Counted from the stretch's first letter, positions 49,146 through 59,020 are shown. The stretch is DNA of 64,000 bases from Candidatus Hydrogenedentales bacterium (GCA_038916785.1 JBCLBO010000004.1:6086-70085); one strand, 5' to 3'. Translations and numbers: made by a program. Notes: generated by a model from the sequence alone, not told the origin.

Positions 49146-50651
49146 TTGATCATGCCACGGCGCAACTACCTGATAGGTCTTGTCATCCTCGCGTTCTGGG
49201 CCGTGATGACCTCGCTGCTGCTGCGCCGCGAAGTGCTCATCCCTCACGCGCAACCGACTGTCTCCGTCGTGCCCGCCGCGCAGCGGCAGCCGACGGACTC
49301 GTGGATGGGCATTTACGCGAGGAACGAACTCGGCGGCGAGGACCGCGTGGGTTACGTTCATCTCACGAGCGCGCCGGGCGAGAAGGCCGGCGACGACGGC
49401 ACGCGCTACGGCATGACGCTGCGCCTGGCGACGACGATGCTTTCGATGCCGACGGAACTCCTGCTCGACGGCAACGCCTGGGTGGCCGACGGCAAGGGCC
49501 TCACGGACTTCGACTTCCGCGTGCAATCCTTCGGTAAGCATGTGATGAAGGCGAAGGGGCGCATCGAGGACGGCGCGGCCAAGCTCGATATCGAGACGGC
49601 GGGGGAGACCTTCCCGCTGTCGTTTCCCGTCGGCGAGGACATGCTGCTGCAGGGCGGGTTCGGCGCGACGACGCTGAACATGCCCTCGCTCGAAATCGGC
49701 GACGCGGTGCTGATCGACGCGTTCGATCCCATCACGCTCACGAAGGGGACCGCGCGTGTCGAATGCATCGGCGTGGACACCCTCGAATACGACGGCGAGG
49801 AAGTCACCACCAAAATCCTCGAGACGGAACTAGGCGGCATGAAGACGAAAACTTGGGTGGGCCTCGACGACCAGGTGATGCGCGTCGAGACGCCGGTCGG
49901 TCTCGTGCTGCGGCGGATTTCCCAGCGCGAGGCGCTTCGCGATCTCGACTCGGGCGCGAGCGCCGAGCTGATCCACACCGTCGCGGTGCGCCCGAGCGGC
50001 ATGAAGCCCTTCCGAGGCGCAAAAGAAATGCGCTATCGCGTGGGCGGCCTGTCCGCCGGGATCACGGTTCCCGTGGACGACGTGCAGCGCGAAGTGGGGG
50101 CGGACGATTTCCTGAACGTGTCTCCAGAAGCGCCCACGTCCGCGGTCGCGGCCGCCGATCCCGCTTCCTTCAAGGAATTCCTCGGCCGCGATCCCTTCGT
50201 GCAAACCGGCCACGCAAAAATATTGAAACTGGCGCGCGAGATCGTCGGCGCCGAGACGGATCCCTGGCGAAAGGCGCAGTTGCTATACACGTGGGTCTAC
50301 GAGAACATCGAGAAGACCCCCGTGCTGAGTCTGCCGTCCGCGCTCGACGTGATCGAGAGCCGCGAGGGCGACTGCAACGAGCACACGGTGCTCTACGCCG
50401 CACTCGCGCGCACCGAGGGCATCCCGGCGCGGATCGCGATTGGGCTGGTCTGGAGCGAGGACCTCTCGGGTTTTTATTATCACGCCTGGCCCGAGGTCTT
50501 CACCGGACGCTGGATTCCGATCGACCCAACGCTCGGCCAGCCCGTGGCCGACGCGACGCACATCAAGCTCGTCGAGGGGAGCGTGGGGCAGTGGACGCGG
50601 CTCGTCCCTTTCCTCGGCCAGGTCTCCATCGACGTGTTGGAAATCCACTGA
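49146..50651 (+). CDS. Transglutaminase-like (Cys-His-Asp) domain protein with an N-terminal TM anchor
   Basis: The C-terminal core reads REGDCNEHTVLYAALARTEGIPARIAIG ... YHAWPEVF ... IDPT. Confidence 0.65.
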   Translation: MIMPRRNYLIGLVILAFWAVMTSLLLRREVLIPHAQPTVSVVPAAQRQPTDSWMGIYARNELGGEDRVGYVHLTSAPGEKAGDDGTRYGMTLRLATTMLSMPTELLLDGNAWVADGKGLTDFDFRVQSFGKHVMKAKGRIEDGAAKLDIETAGETFPLSFPVGEDMLLQGGFGATTLNMPSLEIGDAVLIDAFDPITLTKGTARVECIGVDTLEYDGEEVTTKILETELGGMKTKTWVGLDDQVMRVETPVGLVLRRISQREALRDLDSGASAELIHTVAVRPSGMKPFRGAKEMRYRVGGLSAGITVPVDDVQREVGADDFLNVSPEAPTSAVAAADPASFKEFLGRDPFVQTGHAKILKLAREIVGAETDPWRKAQLLYTWVYENIEKTPVLSLPSALDVIESREGDCNEHTVLYAALARTEGIPARIAIGLVWSEDLSGFYYHAWPEVFTGRWIPIDPTLGQPVADATHIKLVEGSVGQWTRLVPFLGQVSIDVLEIH

Positions 50652-50653
50652 AC

Positions 50654-51394
50654 ATGATTCGCACTCAGGGTCTCACGAAGCGATTCGGAACGAAGATCGC
50701 CGTCGACGGCCTGGATCTCGACATTCCCGAGGGGGAATTCTTCTGCTTCCTCGGCCCGAACGGCGCGGGGAAGACGACCACCATCAAGATGCTGACCGGG
50801 CTCATGCTGCCAACTTCCGGCACGGCGTCGATCGGCGGCCACGACGTGACGAAGAACCCCGTCGCGGCGAAACAATTGTTGGGCTATATCCCGGACCATC
50901 CCTTCCTGTATGAGAAATTGACCGGGCGCGAATTCATGCAATTCGTCGCGGGACTCTATGAACTTCCGGCCGAGGGCCTCGACGATCGCGTCGAAGAGTT
51001 GTTGCAGATTTTTGAAGTGCAGCACGTCGGCGACCAGCTCATCGAGAACTACAGCCACGGGATGCGGCAGAAACTTTCGTTCGCGTCATGCTTTCTGCAT
51101 ACGCCGCGCGCTGTGATTATCGACGAGCCCTGGGTGGGCCTCGACCCGAAGAACATCCACGCGGTGAAGACCTACCTCAAGCGCAAGACGCGCGAAGACG
51201 GGCTCACGGTCCTCATGTCGACGCACACGCTCAGCATCGCCGAAGAGATCGCCGACCGCATCGGCATCATCCACCAGGGCAAGCTGCTCTGCGTGGGCAC
51301 CGTGCAAGAGATCATGCGCCGCGAGCACGCGGCCGATTCGGCCACGCTCGAAGACGTCTTCCTCGAACTCACCAAGGGGGACGAAATCGCGTGA
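50654..51394 (+). CDS. ABC transporter ATP-binding protein
   Basis: Walker A GPNGAGKTT, signature YSHGMRQKL and Walker B IIDEP. Confidence 0.8.
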   Translation: MIRTQGLTKRFGTKIAVDGLDLDIPEGEFFCFLGPNGAGKTTTIKMLTGLMLPTSGTASIGGHDVTKNPVAAKQLLGYIPDHPFLYEKLTGREFMQFVAGLYELPAEGLDDRVEELLQIFEVQHVGDQLIENYSHGMRQKLSFASCFLHTPRAVIIDEPWVGLDPKNIHAVKTYLKRKTREDGLTVLMSTHTLSIAEEIADRIGIIHQGKLLCVGTVQEIMRREHAADSATLEDVFLELTKGDEIA

Positions 51395-53091
51395 CCGCGC
51401 TGCTCGCGATTTTCCGTGCGAAGGTCCGCATGGCGCGCCACGGGCTCGGGGCGGTGCGCAGCGAGTCGAGGCTGAAAATCGCCGTGGTCGCAATCGCCGC
51501 GATGCTGCTGTGGTTCGGCGCCTTCGCAGGGTTCGCGCTCGCCTTTCGGTGGTTGCAGCGTGAAGGGTTCTCCGGCCAGCCGCAGGAGGACGCGCTCTCG
51601 CTCGCGCAAATCCTCATGGCGCGCATGCTCTCCGTGTTCGCGCTTGCGCTGTTCCTGATGCTGATCTTCTCCAACATGCTCATCGCGTTCTCCACCATGT
51701 ACAAGTCGCGCGAGGTACACTTTCTGCTCAACTCGCCCGTCGGACTGCGCACCTTATTTCTCGCGCGATTTGTCGAGTGCGTCAGTTTCAGCTCCTGGGC
51801 CTCGGCCTACCTCGGCACGCCGCTCCTGCTCGCCTACGGCATCACGACCGGTGCCCACTGGGGCTATTACTTCGCCGCCGTCCTCTTCTACGTTCCGTTC
51901 ATCGTCATTCCGGCCGGAATCGGCGCGATAGTCACGCTGATTCTTGCGCGTATATTTCCCAGGCTCCCGCGGGTCGCGCTGGTAGTGCTCGCGCTGGCCA
52001 CATTCGCCGCGCTGTTCAGGTATCTTCAGCGCACCCTCAGCGCGGAGCGGCTTTCCAACGACACCCTCGGCGTTGTCCTCCAAGCCACCGCCCAGACGCA
52101 GTCGCCGCTCTTGCCCAGCTCCTGGGCCTCGCAGGGCCTCCTCGCCGCGGCCGAAGCGGACTACGCCTCCGCGGGATTTCTCTGGGCCCTGCTCCTGTCC
52201 AATGCGCTGCTGGTCGTCTGGGCCTCGGCCGAGGCGGCGCACTGGCTCTTCCTCCCCGGATTCAGCGCGATCATCGGCGGCGACCACAACCACGCGCGGC
52301 CACTGGGCCGCGGGCCGCTCGGCCGGCTCACCCGGCTGCTCGACATCCTGCCGAACCCCACGCGCGCGCTCGTGGTGAAAGACGTGCGGCTGTTCTGGCG
52401 CGACCCGGCGCAATGGACGCAGTTCGCTATTTTCTTCGGCATCATGGCGGTCTACATCGCAAACCTGCGCAACCGCACCTTCGACCTCGAAGGCCCGAGT
52501 TATCGCACCTGGGTCTCCAGCCTGAATACCGGCGCGTGCGCGCTGATTCTCGCCTCGCTCACCAGCCGCTTCATCTATCCGCTCATCAGCCTGGAAGGTT
52601 TCCGCTTCTGGATCCTCGGCCTCGCGCCCATCACGCGCGCGCAGCTCGTGCGCCAGAAATTCTGGCTCAGTGTCGCGATGACTTCGCCCTTCACCCTGGG
52701 GCTCACCGTGCTCTCCTGCGTGCTGCTGCGCGTGGACGCCATTCACTTCGCAGTCTCGGTGTACACGATTGCGCTCGCTAATCTTTCGCTCGCGGGGCTG
52801 GCGGTCGGATTGGGAAGCCTCTATCCAAATTTCGACGAGGACAACCCTGCGCGGATCGTGTCCGGCATGGGTGGCACGCTTAATTTCCTCTTGAGCGTGG
52901 GCTACATCGCGATCGTCATCGGCAGCCAGATGGCGATCCTGCAAATTCACGCCGCGCGGCCCGACATGGGCAGCGGCCGCTTCGCCGTGGCCCTGGGCGC
53001 GGTGCTCGCCTTCAACTCGTTCGTGAGCGCGATGGCGGCGATTTTGCCGCTCCGGCTCGGCCTGAAGAACCTTTTGGCGACGGAGTTTTGA
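51391..53091 (+). CDS. Polytopic membrane protein, putative ABC exporter permease (ABC_export-like)
   Basis: GTG start overlapping the stop of the ATPase (GTGA). About 567 aa with 10 or more TM helices. Confidence 0.45.
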   Translation: MTALLAIFRAKVRMARHGLGAVRSESRLKIAVVAIAAMLLWFGAFAGFALAFRWLQREGFSGQPQEDALSLAQILMARMLSVFALALFLMLIFSNMLIAFSTMYKSREVHFLLNSPVGLRTLFLARFVECVSFSSWASAYLGTPLLLAYGITTGAHWGYYFAAVLFYVPFIVIPAGIGAIVTLILARIFPRLPRVALVVLALATFAALFRYLQRTLSAERLSNDTLGVVLQATAQTQSPLLPSSWASQGLLAAAEADYASAGFLWALLLSNALLVVWASAEAAHWLFLPGFSAIIGGDHNHARPLGRGPLGRLTRLLDILPNPTRALVVKDVRLFWRDPAQWTQFAIFFGIMAVYIANLRNRTFDLEGPSYRTWVSSLNTGACALILASLTSRFIYPLISLEGFRFWILGLAPITRAQLVRQKFWLSVAMTSPFTLGLTVLSCVLLRVDAIHFAVSVYTIALANLSLAGLAVGLGSLYPNFDEDNPARIVSGMGGTLNFLLSVGYIAIVIGSQMAILQIHAARPDMGSGRFAVALGAVLAFNSFVSAMAAILPLRLGLKNLLATEF

Positions 53092-53518
53092 TGGGGCCCG
53101 CGCGCGATCGGTCGGTTCCCGGGCGGGCCGGTGAATCGCTGGTCTCGGGACCGGCATTGACGCCCAGATGACGCACGATTTCCTCGGTCAGAATCTGGGC
53201 GGGCATGTCCGCGTCGATCTTGCCGTCAAACTTGGACGCGGCAAACCGCCGGCGATCCACGTCGCCGGAGTGCAAGAGCAGAATCGCGAGGCCGAAGGGT
53301 AGCGTCGGATCTTCGCGTAGCATGTCGCAGACTTCCCACTCGGAGAATGGCCGCGAATTTTCGGACGCGATGACCAGGACGACCTGGTTGAGCATGACGT
53401 CCTCGATCACGTTCTCCGTCGTGGGGGTATGCAGGAGGAAATGGCCGAGCCCCTCCGCCACGCCGCGGATCTGGGAGACCGCGGCGTAGTTGTCGCCCGT
53501 AATCAGAATCGTCGCCAT
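53012..53518 (-). CDS. Hypothetical protein with a receiver-like N-terminal fold
   Basis: MATILITGDNYAA ... VVLVIASE loosely resembles a CheY-like or flavodoxin-like fold. The Pro/Ser/Arg-rich tail overlaps the convergent permease gene, so the true C-terminus is uncertain. Confidence 0.25.
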   Translation of the reverse strand: MATILITGDNYAAVSQIRGVAEGLGHFLLHTPTTENVIEDVMLNQVVLVIASENSRPFSEWEVCDMLREDPTLPFGLAILLLHSGDVDRRRFAASKFDGKIDADMPAQILTEEIVRHLGVNAGPETSDSPARPGTDRSRAGPIKTPSPKGSSGRAGAAKSPPSRSRTS

Positions 53519-53598
53519 ACGCGCCCCCTGTCCCAATCCATTATACCCGGTCTTGGGTTGATTTGATCCGCAGCGAGACGTAGACTAAATGTGCGGCT

Positions 53599-54552
53599 GT
53601 GGGCGGACGTTATCCGCCGGACACGCGCGGCCGCCAACCCAGTCCCGGTCAGGGCCCGTTTGTGCTGAATCGAATCTGCCGTTGCCTGTTCGTCGTTTCG
53701 ATGGCGATCGCGCTCTCCAGTTCCGGACAAGAATCCCCCTCGGGCAACGCCGCGCCGCCCGAAGAGGGGCAACCGCAAGCTGCGCAGCCGCAAGATGCCA
53801 AGCCCAAGAAACCAGCAGGAAAACCTGGCGACCCCGCCGCGGCAGCACCGCCGCCTGCGCCGCAAAACTTGCTGCCTCCGCTCACCGGCGGCGACAAGGT
53901 CTACATGGTCTCGGGCACCGTGGTGACCGGCGTCCAGGTGCTGCGTAGCACGCCGCGTTATTATGAGATCGAGATGGTCGAAGGCCAGCCGCCGCTCCAG
54001 ATCCCGAGGCGGCAGGTAAAGAATGTCGAGTACGACGATATCGATCCGGCCCGAGACAAGCTTCGCAGGAAAATGTTTCCCGAAGAGGAGGAGGTGACCA
54101 TCGCGTCAGGCGAGCGGGTCACCGGGGCACTGCGCGATAAACTCATGGCGCCGGTGTCCGCCGAGCTGCTTTCGTACAAAGATCAGGATCTCGTGAAGGT
54201 GCTCGACGATATCCGAACGAAAACCCAGACCAAGCTCCAAGTCGATCCCAGCATCGAGGAGAAGCCCGCCAGCCAGCGCCGCTGGAGCGTAGAGATTCCT
54301 CCAGACAAGACCCTCATGGCGCTGCTACGCGAAGACCTCGTCGGCGCGATAAAGTATGCCGAAGTCGTTTTCGAAGCCGACACGATCCTCGTCTTGACCA
54401 AGGAAGCCGCCAAAGCGAGACAAGCCGCCTCCACCGCGGCAAACGCGCCAGCAGCCGGTGCCCCCGCGCCCGCAGACGCTACAGCACCGGCCACGCCGCC
54501 CGCCGCGGGACTGCCCGGCACGGTAAAGCCTCCGGCGGCGATCAAGCCCTAA
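53599..54552 (+). CDS. Secreted Pro/Ala-rich hypothetical protein
   Basis: A signal-peptide-like stretch LFVVSMAIALSSS, then low-complexity P/A/Q regions at both ends and a globular middle. The start is uncertain. Confidence 0.3.
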   Translation: MGGRYPPDTRGRQPSPGQGPFVLNRICRCLFVVSMAIALSSSGQESPSGNAAPPEEGQPQAAQPQDAKPKKPAGKPGDPAAAAPPPAPQNLLPPLTGGDKVYMVSGTVVTGVQVLRSTPRYYEIEMVEGQPPLQIPRRQVKNVEYDDIDPARDKLRRKMFPEEEEVTIASGERVTGALRDKLMAPVSAELLSYKDQDLVKVLDDIRTKTQTKLQVDPSIEEKPASQRRWSVEIPPDKTLMALLREDLVGAIKYAEVVFEADTILVLTKEAAKARQAASTAANAPAAGAPAPADATAPATPPAAGLPGTVKPPAAIKP

Positions 54553-54826
54553 CCGGCTTTGACGAAACCCCCATGCGGCGAACGCCGCAGGGTGAAACCT
54601 CGAGTCTTTGGCGCGCGCATTTCAGGATTCCGCGCTCTCTCAATCACCGACCAAAGTGGAAGCAGCGTCCCGCCACTTCAGAAGCTCCGGAACCGCCCAT
54701 CCACTCAACCGTTCTCGACGGACTGCGAAGCTCCCGCCGCGCGCGATGACACCAAAAATCCCGGAGCCGCCTCACGGCGTTCCGGGATTCGAATGGGTCC
54801 GCGTGCTATCCGGCGCGATCGGATGT

Positions 54827-55282
54827 TTAGTCGTCGTCCTCTTCTTCTTCCTCGACGCCCGGCTTGACCGCGATCACTTCCTCGACCGCCGCCGGCTCTT
54901 CCCCGGCAACACCCGGTTCGGCTTCCTCCTCCTCGTCGTCCGCGGCCACGACTTCAGCCTCGGCGTCCGGCGGCCCGAACTCTTCGGCCTCGACGAGCGC
55001 CCCGCCCGAACTCGCGCCGGTCAGCGTGTCGAGATCCGGCATGACGGTCTCGTTGTCGTCAAAGGACGCAAGCGTGGGCGCCACTTCCCGTTCCGGCGCG
55101 ACGCGCACGCGCTTGCGCTTGAGCGCGGGCTTCTTGCGCGCGACGGCGGCGGTCGCGTCGTAACCGACCTGTTGTAAGTATTCGCCGTGACAATCTTCGC
55201 AAGCCTTGCCGGCCTTGACCTTCGCCACGCCCCACTCGATGAATTTCCGGTCACACTTGGTGCACCGGTACTTGACTGCCAT
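54827..55282 (-). CDS. Small zinc-ribbon protein with a highly acidic C-terminal tail
   Basis: MAVKYRCTKCDRKF ... CEDCHGEY gives two CxxC pairs. The C-terminal 60 aa are about 45% Asp/Glu (EEEEEDDD at the end). Confidence 0.4.
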   Translation of the reverse strand: MAVKYRCTKCDRKFIEWGVAKVKAGKACEDCHGEYLQQVGYDATAAVARKKPALKRKRVRVAPEREVAPTLASFDDNETVMPDLDTLTGASSGGALVEAEEFGPPDAEAEVVAADDEEEEAEPGVAGEEPAAVEEVIAVKPGVEEEEEDDD

Positions 55283-55475
55283 GTTGGATGCCCTCTGCCG
55301 TCTGATATAGACGAGAATTCCCCGCGAAACCGGCGGAGTATAACAAAACGCCAAAGCCGGTCGAAAGGCGCGCCCCCGATCCCTAAAACCCCGGCAAACA
55401 GGGCGTTTTCGGCGTGTCTCTCAGCCCCGCGCCCGGCGCGTCCGCAAACGCAGCGCGCCCCAAGCGGCTGCGGCG

Positions 55476-56009
55476 GTGGCTCCACCCGCGGCCATTAGCA
55501 GGAGGGGCGTCGCCGCATGGCTCAGGCGCAAGGAGGCCGCGTCGAGCCGCCCCAAGATGCCCGGCACATTTTCGAGGATCCACGCGGGGACATTCACGGC
55601 CCCCACGAAGAGCGCGCAGACGCCGGCCAGTGCGAGCACGCCGCCCGTGCTCGCGGCCCACGCCTGCCGGACGCGCCGCCGCGCGCAGGAGTTAGGGCGC
55701 GCAGCCCAAACCGCCGGCCGATCCAGCTCTTCGCAGGCCGCTCCGCTCGAGGCCATTCGCCTCGCCGACGCCGACGCCGCCCGTGCCACGCGCGAGGACT
55801 ACTCACTCACCGGAGCGATACTCGCAGGGCTGGGCGCGCTCGCGATGTTTGCCGGACGCGCGATCGCCTACGGACCCTGGGCCGTAGGCCTCTACAGCGC
55901 CGGCACGATCGCGATCGTCACCGGATTCGGCCTCGCCATCTTCGGCGCCGTGTTACGCCTGCTCGCGCGACCGCTGATCGATCCCGCAGACCCCGGTCCA
56001 GCCCGCTGA
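55476..56009 (+). CDS. Questionable ORF; only the C-terminal half looks protein-like (two TM helices)
   Basis: It overlaps an equally plausible minus-strand ORF (55421-55789). G+C-shadow effects are strong here. It is listed only to flag the uncertainty. Confidence 0.12.
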   Translation: MAPPAAISRRGVAAWLRRKEAASSRPKMPGTFSRIHAGTFTAPTKSAQTPASASTPPVLAAHACRTRRRAQELGRAAQTAGRSSSSQAAPLEAIRLADADAARATREDYSLTGAILAGLGALAMFAGRAIAYGPWAVGLYSAGTIAIVTGFGLAIFGAVLRLLARPLIDPADPGPAR

Positions 56010-56207
56010 TCCCAGGACTCGCCATGATCGGAGCTCAGCCCGCTTCCATTTTGCGAATCACGCCAATTCAACGCTCGCCAATGTGGAAGCGGCGTCCCGC
56101 CGCTTCAAAAAAGCCGGGAACGCCTCTGCGCCCCTGACAATGTCAACTCGCTCTAGACCCCGCCCCCGTCCGCGTGCTAAACTGGTAATTCCTCAGCGGC
56201 TTTCCAC

Positions 56208-56283
56208 GCGCTCGTAGCTTAGTGGATAGAGCACTAGCCTCCGGAGCTAGGGGTCGTAGGTTCGAATCCTACCGAGCGCGCCA
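56208..56283 (+). tRNA. tRNA-Arg (anticodon CCG)
   Basis: A manually folded cloverleaf: 7-bp acceptor GCGCTCG/CGAGCGC, anticodon stem CTAGC/GCTAG with loop CTCCGGA (anticodon CCG), T-arm GTAGG-TTCGAAT-CCTAC, discriminator G and an encoded CCA. Confidence 0.85.
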
Positions 56284-56590
56284 TTTTTCCCCCCTTCGCC
56301 CCGCCGCCCAGCGTGATACAATTCGGGCATGTAACGATCACGCGCCGCACACGCGTATCCGGGTCCTGACGCACGAAGAGACCCGTTTCTGGCATAGCCG
56401 ATTCAATCGTCATTTTCGCGACACCCACCAGGATCGAATCGTCCAGCGCTGTGTGCAAGAAGCCCGCACCAACGGGTATTCCGGTTACGCAATCTTCGAC
56501 GCCTACGAAAAACTCGTGGCCCGCGGACCAATTTCCCCGGCAAAGTGATCGCAACGGGAGGGTCGCGCTCCCGCGCGACCGAAGAGCGGC

Positions 56591-56962
56591 TTAGGGCTTC
56601 GGCCGGGTCAATTCTGTCACCGCGCGCCGGAGCTCATCGAAATCACAGGGTTTCATCAACGCCCGATCCGCGCCCGTCAGAAGCGCGCGGTCCAGATTGG
56701 CCTTGATGCAGATTCCACCACGGCCCGACAACGCGATGATTTTCACGGTGGGCGCATCGCGGCGGAGGTCGCGGATGACCTCCGCGCCGTCCATATTCGG
56801 CATGATGAGGTCCGTGATCACGACATCGGTGGGACGGTCGCGGAAGACCTTGAGCCCCGTCGCGCCATCGGCCGCCTCGCAGACCTCGTGCCCGTCGCGC
56901 TCCAATGCCAGGCGCACCGCTTCCCGCATATCGTCTTCGTCATCCAGGACGAGTACGCGTGC
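56591..56962 (-). CDS. Single-domain CheY-like response regulator
   Basis: RVLVLDDE ... DVVITDLIMPNMDGAEV ... IIALSG ... KP. Confidence 0.7.
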   Translation of the reverse strand, partial: ARVLVLDDEDDMREAVRLALERDGHEVCEAADGATGLKVFRDRPTDVVITDLIMPNMDGAEVIRDLRRDAPTVKIIALSGRGGICIKANLDRALLTGADRALMKPCDFDELRRAVTELTRPKP

Positions 56963-57430
56963 CATGGCCCCTGCCATCCCCATTGCGCCCACCCCGGACG
57001 CTTTACACCTAATCTCGTATAAAGCGTACCACACGAATCGGGGCGCCGAAGGGCCGAAATCCCCCGAAGACGCCGCCCGAGGGGCCCACCATTTCGAGGA
57101 TAATCCCGAAGCCGGGAGGGGAGGGTCGCGCTCCCGCTCGGCCGACGCGATTCACCCCATCTCCTGCAAAGAAATCAGCAAAGGACCGAAGGTCTCATTG
57201 GGGGACATGATTTACACGATTGACAAGATTCCAAAAAAACTCTGTCCCTTAAATCATGGAAATCCTGTCCACCCTTGTTCTGGTCCTCGGAAGGGCGGTC
57301 TTGTCTCTTCAAACCCCGGCTACGGCCAATCGAGAACTCACTTGAGCTATCCTTCGCGGTGTAACCTGGAATGCGCAGCTCTTGTGTCTGAGTACTCGCG
57401 GCATTCGACCGCGATCGAGGAGGACCGGCC

Positions 57431-57955
57431 ATGGACGACCTGAAGTATCCCATCGGAAAATTCAAAATGACCGGCGAGGTCTCGCCCGCAGCTCGCCTGC
57501 AATACATCCGCGAGATCGCCCAGACGCCCGGCGCCCTCCGCGCGGCCGTGAAGGGACTCAGCGACTCGCAACTCGACACGCCGTACCGGCCCGGCGGATG
57601 GACCCTGCGCCAGGTCGTGCATCATCTGCCCGACAGCCACATGAACAGTTACATCCGCTTCAAGCTCGCAGGCACCGAGGACAACCCGGCGATTCGGACC
57701 TACGAAGAACAACTCTGGGCCGAACTCCCCGACGCGAAGTCTGGACCGGTGGCGATGTCGCTCGACCTTCTCGATGCGCTGCACATCCGCTGGGTCGCGC
57801 ATTTGAACAACCTCGCGCCGGCCGGCTTCGCGCGCGCCTTCGTGCATCCAGCGCTCGGCCCCGTGCCGCTCGACAAGGCGCTCGCACTCTACGCCTGGCA
57901 CGGCCGCCACCACGTAGCGCATATCACCTCGCTACGCGCCCGGCAAGGGTGGTAG
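57431..57955 (+). CDS. DinB/YfiT-family putative metal-dependent hydrolase
   Basis: The DinB_2 His triad pattern: LRQVVHHLPDSHMNSY ... YAWHGRHHVAHI. Confidence 0.7.
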   Translation: MDDLKYPIGKFKMTGEVSPAARLQYIREIAQTPGALRAAVKGLSDSQLDTPYRPGGWTLRQVVHHLPDSHMNSYIRFKLAGTEDNPAIRTYEEQLWAELPDAKSGPVAMSLDLLDALHIRWVAHLNNLAPAGFARAFVHPALGPVPLDKALALYAWHGRHHVAHITSLRARQGW

Positions 57956-58121
57956 GGGGGCGCCGCTCCCCGAGAGGAAACTTTACGCGCGCCCAGGGAA
58001 TGAATGGTTCGAGGCAGCAGGACGCCATCGCTCACCGCTCACCGGTTTTGAAACAGGTCGGATTTTGCTACCGCAGTCCCAATTCTGTGACCCAGCGTTG
58101 TTGCTGCTAGGCTAAAGGCCT

Positions 58122-58206
58122 GTAACAAATCCCAACGATCGTAGCATGGGCGGCCCGCCCATGCGGGTTCATGGCGGCCCGCCCATGCGGGTTCATGGCG
58201 GCCATT
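58122..58206. repeat. REP cluster: acaaatcccaa..tcgtagcatgggcggcccgcccatgcgggttc, with the 30-bp core duplicated in tandem
   Basis: Read directly. The same element with the same 5' extension recurs at 24105-24145. Confidence 0.8.
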
Positions 58207-58466
58207 GTTAGAAGCTTTGAGTCCTGTGCCCCGGTAGGGGCAAATGATAGCAGCCAGCCGATTTATCGGCGGGTGCGGGATACCCCAAGAACTAGAGTCC
58301 CGTAGGGACGGCTGAAAGGGGGATCAGCGAAATGCCATCGGCGCGAAGTTGACGCCTACAACGCAGTCTGGTACAATGCGCCGCAAGGGGGCAAGCCCAC
58401 CTATTTCATTTCCGCGAGTGGAACCGTGTCCGACCACAGTGTCGGCGCTATGTGGAGGTCAGTCCA

Positions 58467-58994
58467 ATGTTGAAGAAAGTTGTGAACGTATCGGGGGGTT
58501 TGGTGTGGGTGTTGAGTCTAGCGCTGCTGGCGACCGGCTGTAAGGGCAACGGCGACGACGTAGTGCTCACGCCGGACTTGACGGCTTCGGGTCCGGGCGC
58601 GGGCGATACCAATGGCGAAGGACTGCCGGAGATTGACGAGAACACACTCTTCGATTCCAACAGTGGATTGCAGAACGTCTACTTCGACTACAACAGCCAC
58701 GCCCTCAGTCAGGGTGCGCTCGATATCCTCCAGCGCAACGCGGACCTGATCCGTCAGGTGCCGAACGTGATGATTCAGATTGAAGGCCACTGCGACGATC
58801 GCGGCACGCAGGAATACAATCTCGCGCTCGGCGAGAAGCGCGCGCTGACGACCCGCGAACACCTGATCAAGCTCGGCATCTCAGCCAACCACATCGTCAC
58901 CATCAGCTACGGTGAAGAAATGGCCGCCGTGCAGGGTTCCGGCGAGAGCGTCTGGTCGCAGAACCGCCGTTGCGAATTTAACAAGGCGATGTAA
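58467..58994 (+). CDS. pal: Peptidoglycan-associated lipoprotein (OmpA-family)
   Basis: Lipobox LLATGC, followed by the OmpA-like domain (YFDYNSHALS ... IEGHCDDRGTQEYNLALGEKRA). Confidence 0.8.
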   Translation: MLKKVVNVSGGLVWVLSLALLATGCKGNGDDVVLTPDLTASGPGAGDTNGEGLPEIDENTLFDSNSGLQNVYFDYNSHALSQGALDILQRNADLIRQVPNVMIQIEGHCDDRGTQEYNLALGEKRALTTREHLIKLGISANHIVTISYGEEMAAVQGSGESVWSQNRRCEFNKAM

Positions 58995-59020
58995 TCCGGC
59001 CCCGCAAGGGGCGGCGGAGG

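Noticed and set aside
56222-56554. ORFs overlapping tRNA-Arg on both strands
   Set aside because: They run through a tRNA gene with a clean cloverleaf and have no protein features.
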